From Candidatus Omnitrophota bacterium (lineage in GTDB: Bacteria > Omnitrophota > Gorgyraeia > Gygaellales > Profunditerraquicolaceae), in NCBI GenBank assembly GCA_028717245.1, contig JAQUOD010000004.1, positions 537 to 64,536 on the forward strand: 64,000 bases of DNA. The letters are read 5' to 3'. The notes under the pieces are model-generated. The model had not been told where the DNA came from. It saw nothing but the letters and a program-made list of their open reading frames with translations, and did no database searches. Positions 31,222 through 41,029 of the stretch are shown here, in pieces. Position numbers and translations under genes: made by a program. Within the stretch, counting starts at the first letter, position 1. The number at the start of each line of letters is the position of its first letter.

Positions 31222-31350
31222 ATTTGAAGTTTTTCGAGCGAACGTCAGCATTTAGCGGGTGACGCAGGGGATGCCTCGAGGAAAATTTGACGAGAGGCGC
31301 CCACGCGGTGAGGACCCGCTACCTCACCAGCGAGAAAAACGACAGATTAA
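31208..31350 (+). repeat. Family B element, full short form (B2), with terminal inverted repeats (agatgaatttg / cagattaatt)
   Basis: Outer inverted repeat ATGAATYTG, subterminal tttcgagc, inner tttagcgggtgacgc...gaggacccgcta core. It ends 9 nt before the thpR ATG. Confidence 0.85.
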
Positions 31351-31358
31351 TTAAATCC

Positions 31359-31928
31359 ATGCGGACTTTTATTGCTATTGAACTTCCAGCTGAAATCAAA
31401 GACTACTTAAGCCAATTGCAGGGCGAGCTTAAGACCTGCGGCGCAGACGTCAAATGGGTTGAACCAAAAAACATCCACCTGACCCTAAAATTTCTTGGTG
31501 AAGTTGGCGATGAAAAATTAGATAAGATTACTCAAATCATTCAGGATGTAGCTTCAGAAAAGAATAGATTCCCGCTATGCATCTGTTCTCTAGGCGCATT
31601 CCCGAGGATAGAATCTCCCCGCGTAATCTGGGTAGGCGTAGATTCAGGGGATAAAGAAACCGAGCAAATAGCTAAAGAACTGGAAGAAAAAATTTCCGGA
31701 ATCGGTATCCCTAAAGAAGACCGGGTATTCTCCTGCCATATTACTATCGGCAGGATAAGGACTCCTCACAATAGGGAAAAATTAGTTCGGATTCTAAAGG
31801 ATAAAACAGGATCTGGCGGGAAAAACCTGGAATTTGAAGTAAATAAGATTACTCTGTTTAAGAGTACCCTCACCCCCAAAGGCCCTCTCTACGAAGCCTT
31901 AAAAGAAGCCATCCTTAAAACCACCTGA
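31359..31928 (+). CDS. thpR: RNA 2',3'-cyclic phosphodiesterase (2H family, LigT/ThpR)
   Basis: Two HxT/S motifs (HLTLKF and HITIGR). Start placed at MRTFIAIELP; the upstream extension reads through repeat B2. Confidence 0.8.
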   Translation: MRTFIAIELPAEIKDYLSQLQGELKTCGADVKWVEPKNIHLTLKFLGEVGDEKLDKITQIIQDVASEKNRFPLCICSLGAFPRIESPRVIWVGVDSGDKETEQIAKELEEKISGIGIPKEDRVFSCHITIGRIRTPHNREKLVRILKDKTGSGGKNLEFEVNKITLFKSTLTPKGPLYEALKEAILKTT

Positions 31929-32359
31929 AGGATAATATTGGTGTACACCCCGGCAATGATGTCATCGCTCATAATGCCGGCGCTGCCTTTTAAATTCTGG
32001 AGGGCATTTGAGGGATAGGGTTTTAACGCGTCTAAGATACGAAATAATATAAAGGCTATAATTACCAGCTTTATATCGTAAGGGATAAAAAGAAGGGCCA
32101 GAAGCATTCCGGAGACTTCATCTATTACGATATATTTAGCGTCTTTCTTATTAAACAAAACCTCTGCCCTGCCGCTTACTAAAAATCCCAAAATCATCAA
32201 GGCCCCGGTAACCGATATATGTAAAAAGATATTGCCTTTGAGCAGGTAAAATAAGAACACGCCCGCTACACTGGCATAAGTGCCGGGTATAAAAGGCAGG
32301 TGGCCCAGGTAAAAAAATGTAGCCGCAGTCTTAATAATAATATTGCGCAGGCGCATCAA
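31889..32359 (-). CDS. pgpA: Phosphatidylglycerophosphatase A
   Basis: 156 aa membrane protein, YLGHLPFIPGTYASVAG PgpA signature. Confidence 0.8.
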   Translation of the reverse strand: MMRLRNIIIKTAATFFYLGHLPFIPGTYASVAGVFLFYLLKGNIFLHISVTGALMILGFLVSGRAEVLFNKKDAKYIVIDEVSGMLLALLFIPYDIKLVIIAFILFRILDALKPYPSNALQNLKGSAGIMSDDIIAGVYTNIILQVVLRMASFKAS

Positions 32360-32367
32360 TAAGATTC

Positions 32368-32946
32368 CTAAAGTATGGTGATTATTTTACGGTTCTCCCA
32401 GAGATAATAGAGGCCGGAATAAAGGGTGAGCCCGACAGTAAGCAGCATCAGGATATAGATACTATTACGGAAAAATGTCTCCCAGGCCGGGTTCCAGGTA
32501 AAGAAAGCCAGCATCACTTCTTTCAGGACAATAAACCCCAGGATACAGAATATCACCGCCATCTGGGATATGGTCTTGTGCTTTCCTGCCTTGGCCGCTG
32601 AGAGCACCTTTCCTTTATTCAGGGCGAATAAACGTAAGGAGGTAATTAATATTTCCCGCGAGACAATGATTACAAACATCCAGGCGTCAATAAGCTGCAT
32701 TTGCACAAAGGCAGTAAAAGCCGCCAATACCAGGATTTTATCCGCGATGGGGTCCATCAGTTTTCCGAAATCCGTAACCATATTTTTCTTATGCGCAATC
32801 CTGCCATCAAAGAAATCCGACAAGGCCGCAAAGATAAAGATAACCAGGCTCAAAACCTTTGCCCACAGGCCGTGGATAAAGAGAAAAAACATGAAGACAA
32901 AAGTCAGGGCAATCCTCAACATGGTTAATTTATTAGCAGTATTCAT
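32368..32946 (-). CDS. pgsA: CDP-diacylglycerol--glycerol-3-phosphate 3-phosphatidyltransferase
   Basis: CDP-alcohol phosphatidyltransferase motif DFFDGRIA...G...DPIADK. Confidence 0.85.
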   Translation of the reverse strand: MNTANKLTMLRIALTFVFMFFLFIHGLWAKVLSLVIFIFAALSDFFDGRIAHKKNMVTDFGKLMDPIADKILVLAAFTAFVQMQLIDAWMFVIIVSREILITSLRLFALNKGKVLSAAKAGKHKTISQMAVIFCILGFIVLKEVMLAFFTWNPAWETFFRNSIYILMLLTVGLTLYSGLYYLWENRKIITIL

Positions 32947-32947
32947 A

Positions 32948-34201
32948 TCAATTCAATGCCTTAGCTACTAAATCGTATTCCAAGGTATCCGTAATCTCTA
33001 CCGGGACAAAATCGCCGGGTTTTAATATTTTGCTGGAATTGACATAGACGAGGCCGTCTACCTCAGGCGCATCGTATTGGGTGCGGCCTAAATAAGAGCC
33101 TTGCTCTCTCTCATCTATTAATACGCTGATAGTCCGGCCCAGTAATTTTTCGTTTATCTTACGGGAAACTTTCTGTTGCTCTAACATAAGTGCGTTGAGC
33201 CGCTCCCTTTTTATTTTAAGCGGTAGCTGCCCTTTCAGGCCGTATGCCTTAGTCCCTTCTTCCCGTGAATAGATAAAAGCCCCCAGCCTCTCAAACCTCG
33301 CCTCTTTGATAAAGGCCATAAGCTCCCTAAACTCCTTGTCTGTCTCAGAAGGAAAACCTACGATAAATGACGTACGTATGGCTGCCCCCGGGGCCTTCTT
33401 TCTGATTCCATCAATAATCCTCAAGATAGCTTCTCTGGTCGTTTGTCTATGCATTAATTTCAAAATACGGTTATTGATGTGCTGCAAAGGCAAATCAATG
33501 TATTTACAGACCTTAGGTTCGTTTTTAATCAATTCCAATAGTTCATCGCTGATACGGCTGGGGTATAAATAAAGGAGCCTTATCCAGCCGATATTTTTGG
33601 CTTTCTTGATTATCTTTTGTAAGAGCCCGGCCAACCCTAGACCGTGGCATAAATCCAGGCCATAAGCGGTGATATCCTGTCCGATAATATTCAGCTCGGA
33701 GATTTTATTTTTATCCAGTTGCCCTACCCTATCCAGTACAGAAGCTACATCAAGGCTGGTGAATTTACCTTTTATATTCGGGATGATACAATAACTGCAG
33801 TTATTGATGCATCCTTCGCAGATTTTAAGATACGCGTAATGTTTAGGCGTCAGGTTAAACGTCTTCAAGCTATGATTCAGGGAAATCTTACCCACAAAGG
33901 CATCGACTTGTGGTAATTGCCCGCGCAGGCTCTCTTTATAACGCTCGGCCAGGCAGCCATAAACGATTATCTTTTTAATCTTACCCTTCTTTTTTAAATC
34001 AATCAAATCTAATATGGCACCAATAGATTCTTTCTTGGCATCTTCTATAAAGGCGCAGGTATTCACCACGGCAATATCTGCCTTATCTATATCCACTATG
34101 GGATAACCTTTAAGGCTGAGCCTGCCTAAGACGTTCTCTGAATCCACCAGATTCCGCGGGCAACCCAGGCTTAATACCCCGATGGTAGTTTTATTTTTCA
34201 T
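32948..34201 (-). CDS. rimO: Ribosomal protein S12 methylthiotransferase RimO (radical SAM MTTase)
   Basis: N-terminal MTTase domain (LGCPRN), radical SAM CxxxCxxC (CNNCSYC), C-terminal TRAM. Confidence 0.82.
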   Translation of the reverse strand: MKNKTTIGVLSLGCPRNLVDSENVLGRLSLKGYPIVDIDKADIAVVNTCAFIEDAKKESIGAILDLIDLKKKGKIKKIIVYGCLAERYKESLRGQLPQVDAFVGKISLNHSLKTFNLTPKHYAYLKICEGCINNCSYCIIPNIKGKFTSLDVASVLDRVGQLDKNKISELNIIGQDITAYGLDLCHGLGLAGLLQKIIKKAKNIGWIRLLYLYPSRISDELLELIKNEPKVCKYIDLPLQHINNRILKLMHRQTTREAILRIIDGIRKKAPGAAIRTSFIVGFPSETDKEFRELMAFIKEARFERLGAFIYSREEGTKAYGLKGQLPLKIKRERLNALMLEQQKVSRKINEKLLGRTISVLIDEREQGSYLGRTQYDAPEVDGLVYVNSSKILKPGDFVPVEITDTLEYDLVAKALN

Positions 34202-34974
34202 CGCTTAATGCTTAAGCCCTCTTTAGTAATCAGGATATTCTTCAGGGCCTGGCCTTTCCTGCCTAAATTCTGGATACGCTTACCGTTTACCTCTAATTCC
34301 ACGGCGCCGGCATTACTTAAAGAAAACTCTATCTTATTCATGGCCTGCCAGCTTTCGGACCTGCCCTTCCTGAGCACGTTCTGGAACATCACTTTACCGT
34401 CGGTCTTAACATTTATAAAACAATCTTCTTTAGCGCGTATATCTAATCTGATTATTTTCACTACGGATGAATCTTGCGCCCTGAGGACCTTGGCCTTATT
34501 TTCCGTTTTAGAGACAACCGCGGAAAGAGAGGCCGATCCGGCCTTTTTGTACTTTATAGGACCATGCCTGGAGGAAAAAAACTTCCCTAAGTTGAATACA
34601 ATAATAATAAAAGCAAATAGCAGGATGACCGTCAGAAGTATCCTGGGTTTTATGCGTATCGCCTTAAGATAAGACATCGCCAGCGGCCGTATTTTGAATA
34701 ACGGCACCGGTTTATTTTTAAAATCCGATACGTATTCGACTTTAGCCTGCGGCTCCTTATAACCGGCGATATAATCTTTCGGGTCTACGCCTAAAAATTG
34801 ACAATAAATCTTCAAGAAGCCTTTTATATATATGGGGCTAAAGTCTATCAGGCTATCTTCTTCTATGGCCCGCAGGATATTCAGGTGAACCTTTGTTTTT
34901 TTGTGCACCTCCTCCAGGCTCAAGCCTTTTTCCAGGCGTACTTTTTTCAGCCTTGCACCTGCCGATTCCGTCAT
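34198..34974 (-). CDS. rodZ: HTH (XRE-type) domain membrane protein, RodZ-like
   Basis: N-terminal HTH (LKKVRLEKGLSLEEV), central TM helix and C-terminal DUF4115-like region. Confidence 0.55.
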   Translation of the reverse strand: MTESAGARLKKVRLEKGLSLEEVHKKTKVHLNILRAIEEDSLIDFSPIYIKGFLKIYCQFLGVDPKDYIAGYKEPQAKVEYVSDFKNKPVPLFKIRPLAMSYLKAIRIKPRILLTVILLFAFIIIVFNLGKFFSSRHGPIKYKKAGSASLSAVVSKTENKAKVLRAQDSSVVKIIRLDIRAKEDCFINVKTDGKVMFQNVLRKGRSESWQAMNKIEFSLSNAGAVELEVNGKRIQNLGRKGQALKNILITKEGLSIKR

Positions 34975-37151
34975 TCTTTAATCTCCTGCGGCGGCATTAT
35001 TTCCTTTTCCAGCCACGCCTCTCTGTCGATAAGGATCTTACGGGGCTTGCTTCCCTCAAAAGGGCCGATGACCCCTTCCTGTTCCATTGTATCAATAATC
35101 CTGGCAGCGCGCGTATAACCCAAACGCAGGCGCCTCTGCAGTATGGAAACCGAGGCCTGTCCGCTCTCCATGATAACCCTGACTGCCTGGTCATAAAATT
35201 CATCTTTCTGGCCGTTTACTACCAAAGATTTATGTTGTTCTTTAAGTATTTCCTCATCGTAAAACGGCTGCGCCTGGGACTTCACAAAATCTACCATCCT
35301 CTCAATCTCTTTATCGCTGACTAACGAACCTTGCGCGCGGGTTAATTTTGATTCTCCGGGCTTTAAAAACAACATATCGCCTCTGCCTAAGAGTTTATCC
35401 GCTCCGTTCATATCCAGGACCGTGCGTGAATCCACCTTAGAAGCAACCTTAAAAGATATGCGCGCGGGAAAATTAGCTTTAATCACGCCTGTAATTACGT
35501 CTACCGAAGGCCTCTGCGTAGCCAGGATTAAATGTATGCCTACTGCGCGGGAGAGCTGCGCCAGGCGGGTAATCGCATTTTCAATCTGGTCGCGGGCAAC
35601 CGTCATCAAATCAGCCAGTTCATCAATGATTACCACGATATAAGGAAGCTTCTCCTGTTTTTCGTTATAAGCCTCGATATTCCTCGCCCCTACCTTGGCT
35701 AAAAGCCGGTAACGCTCCTCCATTTCGCTCACTACCCAACCGAGGGCAACCGCTGCCTTTTTGGCGTCCGTCACCACAGGACAAATCAAATGCGCCAGGC
35801 CGTTAAAGGGTGCCAGCTCCACCATTTTAGGATCAACCATCAAAAACTTCAACTCATTGGGAGTGGATTTAAAAAGCATGGATAAAATCAAACAGTTAAC
35901 GCATACGGTTTTACCCGCACCGGTAGTGCCGGCAATCAATAAATGCGGCATATCGCCTAAGTCCGCTATCACCGCTTGTCCGGTAATATCCTTTCCCAGA
36001 ACCAGCGTTAATTTTGACTTGGAATCCTTGAATTCCGAAGAAGCGATTACCTCCTTTAAATAAACAAAGGTGCTCTGTATATTAGGGACCTCAACGCCTA
36101 CCCTGGCTTTTCCCGGTATGGGAGCCACAATCCTGACTGACTGCGCCTTCATGGCCAGGGCGATATCATCGTTTAAGGCAACGATACGGTTTAACTTTAC
36201 TCCCGGGGCAGGCTCTAATTCATAACGGGTGATAATCGGCCCGCGCTCAATATCCGTAACCTTGACCGAAATCCCAAAATCATCCAGGGTCTCCTCCAGG
36301 ATACGCGCATTGGCGGTAAGGTCTTCTTTGATTTGCCTGGCTTCCAATGGAGGCGGCGAATCCAATAAATCCAAAGAAGGTAACTGATAATCGCCTATAT
36401 TTAGCTCCTGGGGCCTGGCCCTGGCTTCTAATTCTACGGGCTTGGCCTTTATCTGGATTTTGGGTTTGGAAGGTAACGCCGTTTTATTATTGGCATCAAC
36501 TATCCTCGGCTTTACTTCAGGGAACAGAGGTTCCCTGGTTTCTTTCTTCTCCTTGGGCATTGGCTTAACCGAGACGGGTGTAACCTTCTTCTTAAAACTA
36601 AAAGCGGGTTTAAGAAAGGACTGGGCCCTGTTAAAGATATTCAAAAATAATGAGGAGATTAAAATCTCGGTAACTAAGGCCAGCGATAAGATGATAAAAG
36701 TAATAAAGATAATAAATCCGCCCAACCTACTGAAATACAAGGTAACAAAATTCGAGATAAGCGCCCCCAGGAACCCTGAGTAATAGAACCTGGTAAAATC
36801 AGTCTTTAAATTAAACATCCCGATCAGGGCGCTTATGGAGAGCAATAAAATCAACATCCCCAGGAGCCTCGGTATGCTTAAATAAGGTATGTCCTGCCGG
36901 AAGAATTTTATCCCCAAGAGGAGAATTAATAAAGGTATGAGGAAGCTTACTGGACGGCCAAACAAAAATACGGTTATTCCGCCCAGATACGCGCCGAATA
37001 TGCCTAAAAGGTTTTTCGGTGGAATATTAGGATGGGAAGTATAAAACGGAAGGTCTAAACGCTCAAACCTGATGAGGCTGGCCAAAACCATCAGGCCTAT
37101 TGCTACCAGGATTACGCCTTTGGCCTCATTCAGTCTTCTAACTTTTACCAT
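34971..37151 (-). CDS. ftsK: DNA translocase FtsK/SpoIIIE
   Basis: N-terminal polytopic membrane domain, linker, motor domain with Walker A (GTTGAGKT) and C-terminal gamma winged helix. Confidence 0.9.
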   Translation of the reverse strand: MVKVRRLNEAKGVILVAIGLMVLASLIRFERLDLPFYTSHPNIPPKNLLGIFGAYLGGITVFLFGRPVSFLIPLLILLLGIKFFRQDIPYLSIPRLLGMLILLLSISALIGMFNLKTDFTRFYYSGFLGALISNFVTLYFSRLGGFIIFITFIILSLALVTEILISSLFLNIFNRAQSFLKPAFSFKKKVTPVSVKPMPKEKKETREPLFPEVKPRIVDANNKTALPSKPKIQIKAKPVELEARARPQELNIGDYQLPSLDLLDSPPPLEARQIKEDLTANARILEETLDDFGISVKVTDIERGPIITRYELEPAPGVKLNRIVALNDDIALAMKAQSVRIVAPIPGKARVGVEVPNIQSTFVYLKEVIASSEFKDSKSKLTLVLGKDITGQAVIADLGDMPHLLIAGTTGAGKTVCVNCLILSMLFKSTPNELKFLMVDPKMVELAPFNGLAHLICPVVTDAKKAAVALGWVVSEMEERYRLLAKVGARNIEAYNEKQEKLPYIVVIIDELADLMTVARDQIENAITRLAQLSRAVGIHLILATQRPSVDVITGVIKANFPARISFKVASKVDSRTVLDMNGADKLLGRGDMLFLKPGESKLTRAQGSLVSDKEIERMVDFVKSQAQPFYDEEILKEQHKSLVVNGQKDEFYDQAVRVIMESGQASVSILQRRLRLGYTRAARIIDTMEQEGVIGPFEGSKPRKILIDREAWLEKEIMPPQEIKE

Positions 37152-39216
37152 CAGCTGTTTCTTCTGCCTGTTTTTTACTCAGATTAATCCTGCCCAGCTC
37201 ATCTATACCAATAACCTTGACCTTAATCTCATCTCCGATTTTGACCACTTCTTCTACGCTCTTGACAAAGCGGTCGGCAAGCTCTGAAACATGCACCAGG
37301 CCGTCTTTACCGGGAGCAATCTCGCAGAATGCCCCGAAATTCGTAATCCGCTTTACTTTACCTATATATATACGCCCTACTTCTACATCCTCGGCTATTG
37401 CCTTGATCATCTTGATCGCTTCATCGGATTTAGCGGCATCGGTGGAACCAACCAGGACAGTCCCGTCATCCTGAATATCAATACTGGCTCCTGTGGCGGC
37501 AATTATCGCTTTTATGGTCTTACCGCCCGGGCCTATAAGGCCGCCTATCTTCTCCGGATTTATCTTGAGCACTTCTATACGCGGGGCATAAGACGATAAT
37601 TCCCCGCGCGGCGAAGCTAAAGCCTGCTGTATTTTTTCTAAGATTATAAACCTCGCTTCTTTTGCCTGCGCAATGCACCTCTTTAATAAATCCAGGTCAA
37701 TACCGTCTATCTTTAAGTCTAATTGCACTGCCGTCACACCTGTTTTTGTCCCGGCAACTTTAAAATCCATATCGCCAAAGTGGTCTTCTAAACCCGTGAT
37801 ATCGGTTAAAACCAATGCCTTAGAATCATCCTTAATCAGCCCTAGGGCAATCCCGCCTACCGCATCCTTTATAGGCACGCCGGCGTCCATCAACGAAAGC
37901 GTGGCCGCGCAAACCGTAGCCATGCTCGATGAACCATTGGATTCTAAAATTTCAGAGACTACCCTGATAGTATAAGGAAATTTTTCTTTTGGTGGCATAA
38001 CTGGCAGAAGCGACCTCTCTGCCAAAGCGCCATGGCCTATCTCGCGCCGGCCCGGCCCGCGTACAGGCCCGGTCTCTCCCACGCTAAAAGGCGGAAAACT
38101 GTAATGCAGCATAAAAGATTTATTTTTTTCACCCTCTAATGCCTCGATGAGCTGTTCGTCTTCTCCGGTGCCTAAGGTAGTCACTGCCAGGCTCTGGGTC
38201 TGGCCGCGGGTAAAGAGGCTCGAACCGTGGGTGCGTGGCAGCACAGAAACTTCGCAGCTAATCGGACGGATATCTTTAAACCCCCGGCCATCTATGCGCA
38301 CGTTCTCTTCCAAAATCTTTTTCCTCACCTGTTCTTTTTCTACGGCAACTAGGGCCATCTTGATATCAACTGCTTCATGCCCTTCCAGGGTCAGCTTGGC
38401 CTCTAATTCCTTGGCTAACAAATCTACTTCTTCTTCGCGCTCTTCTTTCTTGCTTAACTTATATACTTCTTTTAATCTTTCTATAGATAATTCTTCAACC
38501 TTATCCTGTAAAGCCGGGTCTATTTTTTTATACTCAATCTTTGCTTTGGGCCTGCCGTATTGACGGCTGAATTCATCCTGCAGGCCGATTAAATCCTGTA
38601 AATTCTCAAAGCCGAATTTAACTGCCTCTAAGAATATCTCTTCCGAGACCTCTTTAGCCTTAGATTCAAGCATCACAATGCCCTTGCTATTAGCGACCAC
38701 CACCAAATCTAAATCCGAACTCTCAATCTGCGCATAGGTAGGGTTAAGAATAAATTGGTTATCTATATGAGCTACCCGGCAGCACGCCAGGGGGCCGTTA
38801 AAGGGTATGTCGGATATTGACAGGCTAGCGGAAGCCCCGACTACGGCAAGGATATCAGGGTCATTTTCTCCGTCACTGGATAAGACAATGGCCATAATCT
38901 GGACTTCATTAAAGAGCCCGGACGGAAAAAGCGGACGGATAGGCCTATCGATAAGGCGGGCGGTTAAAATCTCGCTCTCCGACGGCCTGCCTTCCCTCTT
39001 AAAGAAGCCTCCGGGTATCCTTCCGGCGGCATAAGTCTTCTCCTGATACTCTACGGTCAAAGGGAAAAAATCCCGCCCCTCCTTGGGCTCCTTGGACATA
39101 CAGGCAGTAACCAGGACCACGGTCCCTCCGTATTGAACGGTGACCGAGCCGTTTGCCTGTTTGGCCATTTTACCTGTTTCTAAAATCAGGTCATTATTAC
39201 CGAACTTGATCTTCAT
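37138..39216 (-). CDS. pnp: Polyribonucleotide nucleotidyltransferase (PNPase)
   Basis: 692 aa with two RNase PH domains plus KH and S1; next to rpsO. Confidence 0.93.
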   Translation of the reverse strand: MKIKFGNNDLILETGKMAKQANGSVTVQYGGTVVLVTACMSKEPKEGRDFFPLTVEYQEKTYAAGRIPGGFFKREGRPSESEILTARLIDRPIRPLFPSGLFNEVQIMAIVLSSDGENDPDILAVVGASASLSISDIPFNGPLACCRVAHIDNQFILNPTYAQIESSDLDLVVVANSKGIVMLESKAKEVSEEIFLEAVKFGFENLQDLIGLQDEFSRQYGRPKAKIEYKKIDPALQDKVEELSIERLKEVYKLSKKEEREEEVDLLAKELEAKLTLEGHEAVDIKMALVAVEKEQVRKKILEENVRIDGRGFKDIRPISCEVSVLPRTHGSSLFTRGQTQSLAVTTLGTGEDEQLIEALEGEKNKSFMLHYSFPPFSVGETGPVRGPGRREIGHGALAERSLLPVMPPKEKFPYTIRVVSEILESNGSSSMATVCAATLSLMDAGVPIKDAVGGIALGLIKDDSKALVLTDITGLEDHFGDMDFKVAGTKTGVTAVQLDLKIDGIDLDLLKRCIAQAKEARFIILEKIQQALASPRGELSSYAPRIEVLKINPEKIGGLIGPGGKTIKAIIAATGASIDIQDDGTVLVGSTDAAKSDEAIKMIKAIAEDVEVGRIYIGKVKRITNFGAFCEIAPGKDGLVHVSELADRFVKSVEEVVKIGDEIKVKVIGIDELGRINLSKKQAEETADGKS

Positions 39217-39271
39217 CGTATTATCCTATATTATAAATCACATTCTAAAGGGTTAATAAATAAAGACGGCC

Positions 39272-39550
39272 TTATTTCCTCAAGTGGAGTTTTTCCAGGA
39301 CCTCTTCGTATTTCCTGATGTCTCTCTCCTTAAGATAACTAAGGAGCCTGCGGCGTCTTCCTACAAGCATGAGGAGCCCGCGGCGGGAATGAAAGTCTTT
39401 TTTGTGGCTCTTAAAATGCTCTCCCAAGATATTAAGCCTCTCGGTGATAATGGCAATCTGCACTTCTGCGGAGCCCGTATCCCTGGAATGGACCTTAAAG
39501 CTGTCGATAATCTCCTTCTTTTTGTCTTTCACTAAAACCAATTTCTTCAC
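39272..39550 (-). CDS. rpsO: 30S ribosomal protein S15
   Basis: 92 aa with the S15 signature ([11 protein letters not shown]...LxxHxKxHKKDxHSRRGLL). RBS aaggaggtg. Confidence 0.9.
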   Translation of the reverse strand: MKKLVLVKDKKKEIIDSFKVHSRDTGSAEVQIAIITERLNILGEHFKSHKKDFHSRRGLLMLVGRRRRLLSYLKERDIRKYEEVLEKLHLRK

Positions 39551-39576
39551 CTCCTTGCATTATTATTTTATACCAG

Positions 39577-39646
39577 AGTATCAAAGTATCATAGTATCAA
39601 GGTATCAAAGTTTTCTCTTATGACACATTGACACCCTGACACTACT
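39577..39646 (-). promoter_or_regulatory. rpsO 5' leader with 8-nt periodic repeats: 3x GUGUCA, then 4x UGAUAC (sense)
   Basis: Sense strand reads GTGTCAgg GTGTCAat GTGTCAta ... tTTGATAC cTTGATAC taTGATAC tTTGATAC, followed by the RBS. GUGUCA can pair with UGAUAC through one G-U. A TTGACT-17-TATAAT promoter lies upstream at about 39660-39690. Confidence 0.6.
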
Positions 39647-39751
39647 TTAATTTTCTTTTGGAAATTTATTATACGCTACTTTATAATATAAGTCAACACA
39701 TTCTCAATTCAATATATTGATATTATTTATGGGCGGGGCTCACTTAAGGCA

Positions 39752-40717
39752 TCAGACCGCTTCCATGGTTGATGGCGGCTTAGTGGTGATATTATAAGTG
39801 ACGCTGACTACTCCCGGGACCTCGGCAGCCATCCTTTGCGCTAAATTCTGCAATTTATCATAAGGTAATCTGGTGGGCTTGGCAAAACGGGCATCAATAC
39901 TATCCCAGCACCTGATTTCAATCTGTAAACCAAAATCTCTCCTGCCACCTCTTATGCCCGTGACCCTGTCCTGATGCAGGATAGCCATATACTGAAAAGC
40001 GCGCCTTGCGGATAATTCTTCTTCAAGGATGGCGGTTGCCTGCCTGACTATTTTTATCTTTTGCGGGGTGGCCTCTCCTATAACCCTGGCGGAGAGGGCT
40101 GGCCCGGGAAAAGGCATCCTGTTGTATATAGATTCCGGCAGGCCTAAGGCGGCTGCCACCTTCCTGACCCCATCTTTACGTAATTGTACCAAAGGCTCTA
40201 TAATTTTATAACCGAAAACTTTTTTGGGGTCAATGCCCAGCTGTTCAAAAACATTATGCTGCCTTTTTATCCCGGCTACGGTCTCATCAACATCGGTTAA
40301 AATAGTGCCCTGTAAAAGATGTTTTGCCTTGCTTTTTCTGACGAGCCCACCGAATACGTCTTTGTAGAATGTCTGGGTAATCGCCTCCCTTTTTTGTTCG
40401 GGATCAGTAATCCTCTTTAGCGCAGCAAAAAATTGTTTACGGGCATCGATTATTTCTACGGCGACACCCAGGCCCCTAAATAAAGAGGCGATTCTCCTGG
40501 GCTCACCCTGACGCATTAAGCCGTTATCAATAAAATAAGTTTTCAGCCTCCTGCCTAAGGCCTTATGCCCTAACATCGTCACCGCGGAAGAATCAACTCC
40601 TCCGGATAAGGCATTAATAGCCAGGCCTTCGCCTACGGCAGCAGAAATCTCTCTTACTTTTTCTGCAATAAATTTTTTAGTATCCATGCCCTGCGCTTTT
40701 ATTTCCTTAATCTTCAT
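39752..40717 (-). CDS. guaA: GMP synthase ATP-pyrophosphatase subunit (GuaA C-terminal half only, stand-alone)
   Basis: PP-loop SGGVDSS, the FIDNGLMR motif and C-terminal ...KPPSTMEAV match the GMPS synthetase domain. No GATase domain is fused or adjacent. Confidence 0.72.
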   Translation of the reverse strand: MKIKEIKAQGMDTKKFIAEKVREISAAVGEGLAINALSGGVDSSAVTMLGHKALGRRLKTYFIDNGLMRQGEPRRIASLFRGLGVAVEIIDARKQFFAALKRITDPEQKREAITQTFYKDVFGGLVRKSKAKHLLQGTILTDVDETVAGIKRQHNVFEQLGIDPKKVFGYKIIEPLVQLRKDGVRKVAAALGLPESIYNRMPFPGPALSARVIGEATPQKIKIVRQATAILEEELSARRAFQYMAILHQDRVTGIRGGRRDFGLQIEIRCWDSIDARFAKPTRLPYDKLQNLAQRMAAEVPGVVSVTYNITTKPPSTMEAV

Positions 40718-40766
40718 CCTGAGCTTCTCCTCTTAAAAATATGTTTAGCCAAGATTTACGGTATAA

Positions 40767-40904
40767 TTATTGTTTACCTTCAGCAATATCTTCATCGTAT
40801 ACTTGGGGGCCCACGGGGTTAGTTTCTGAATCACGCGGCGTCTCCATTTTAAAATGCGAACACCCCAGGGCTAAAAATACTAAACACAACATAATAAGCC
40901 TCAT
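40767..40904 (-). CDS. Small predicted lipoprotein (45 aa; not in the ORF track)
   Basis: ATG preceded by a perfect AAGGAGG RBS. MRLIMLCLVFLALGCSHFK... is a signal peptide with an LALGC lipobox. Confidence 0.45.
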   Translation of the reverse strand: MRLIMLCLVFLALGCSHFKMETPRDSETNPVGPQVYDEDIAEGKQ

Positions 40905-41029
40905 CAACCCCCTCCTTTTTTAGATTAGATTTATTTTAACCTAAAATAGCGATGAATACAATAGTAAATTTTATTTAACATAGTTTCAAGTAACGCTCTT
41001 TAGCGGCTGCCCTATCTTGCTTTCTCACA

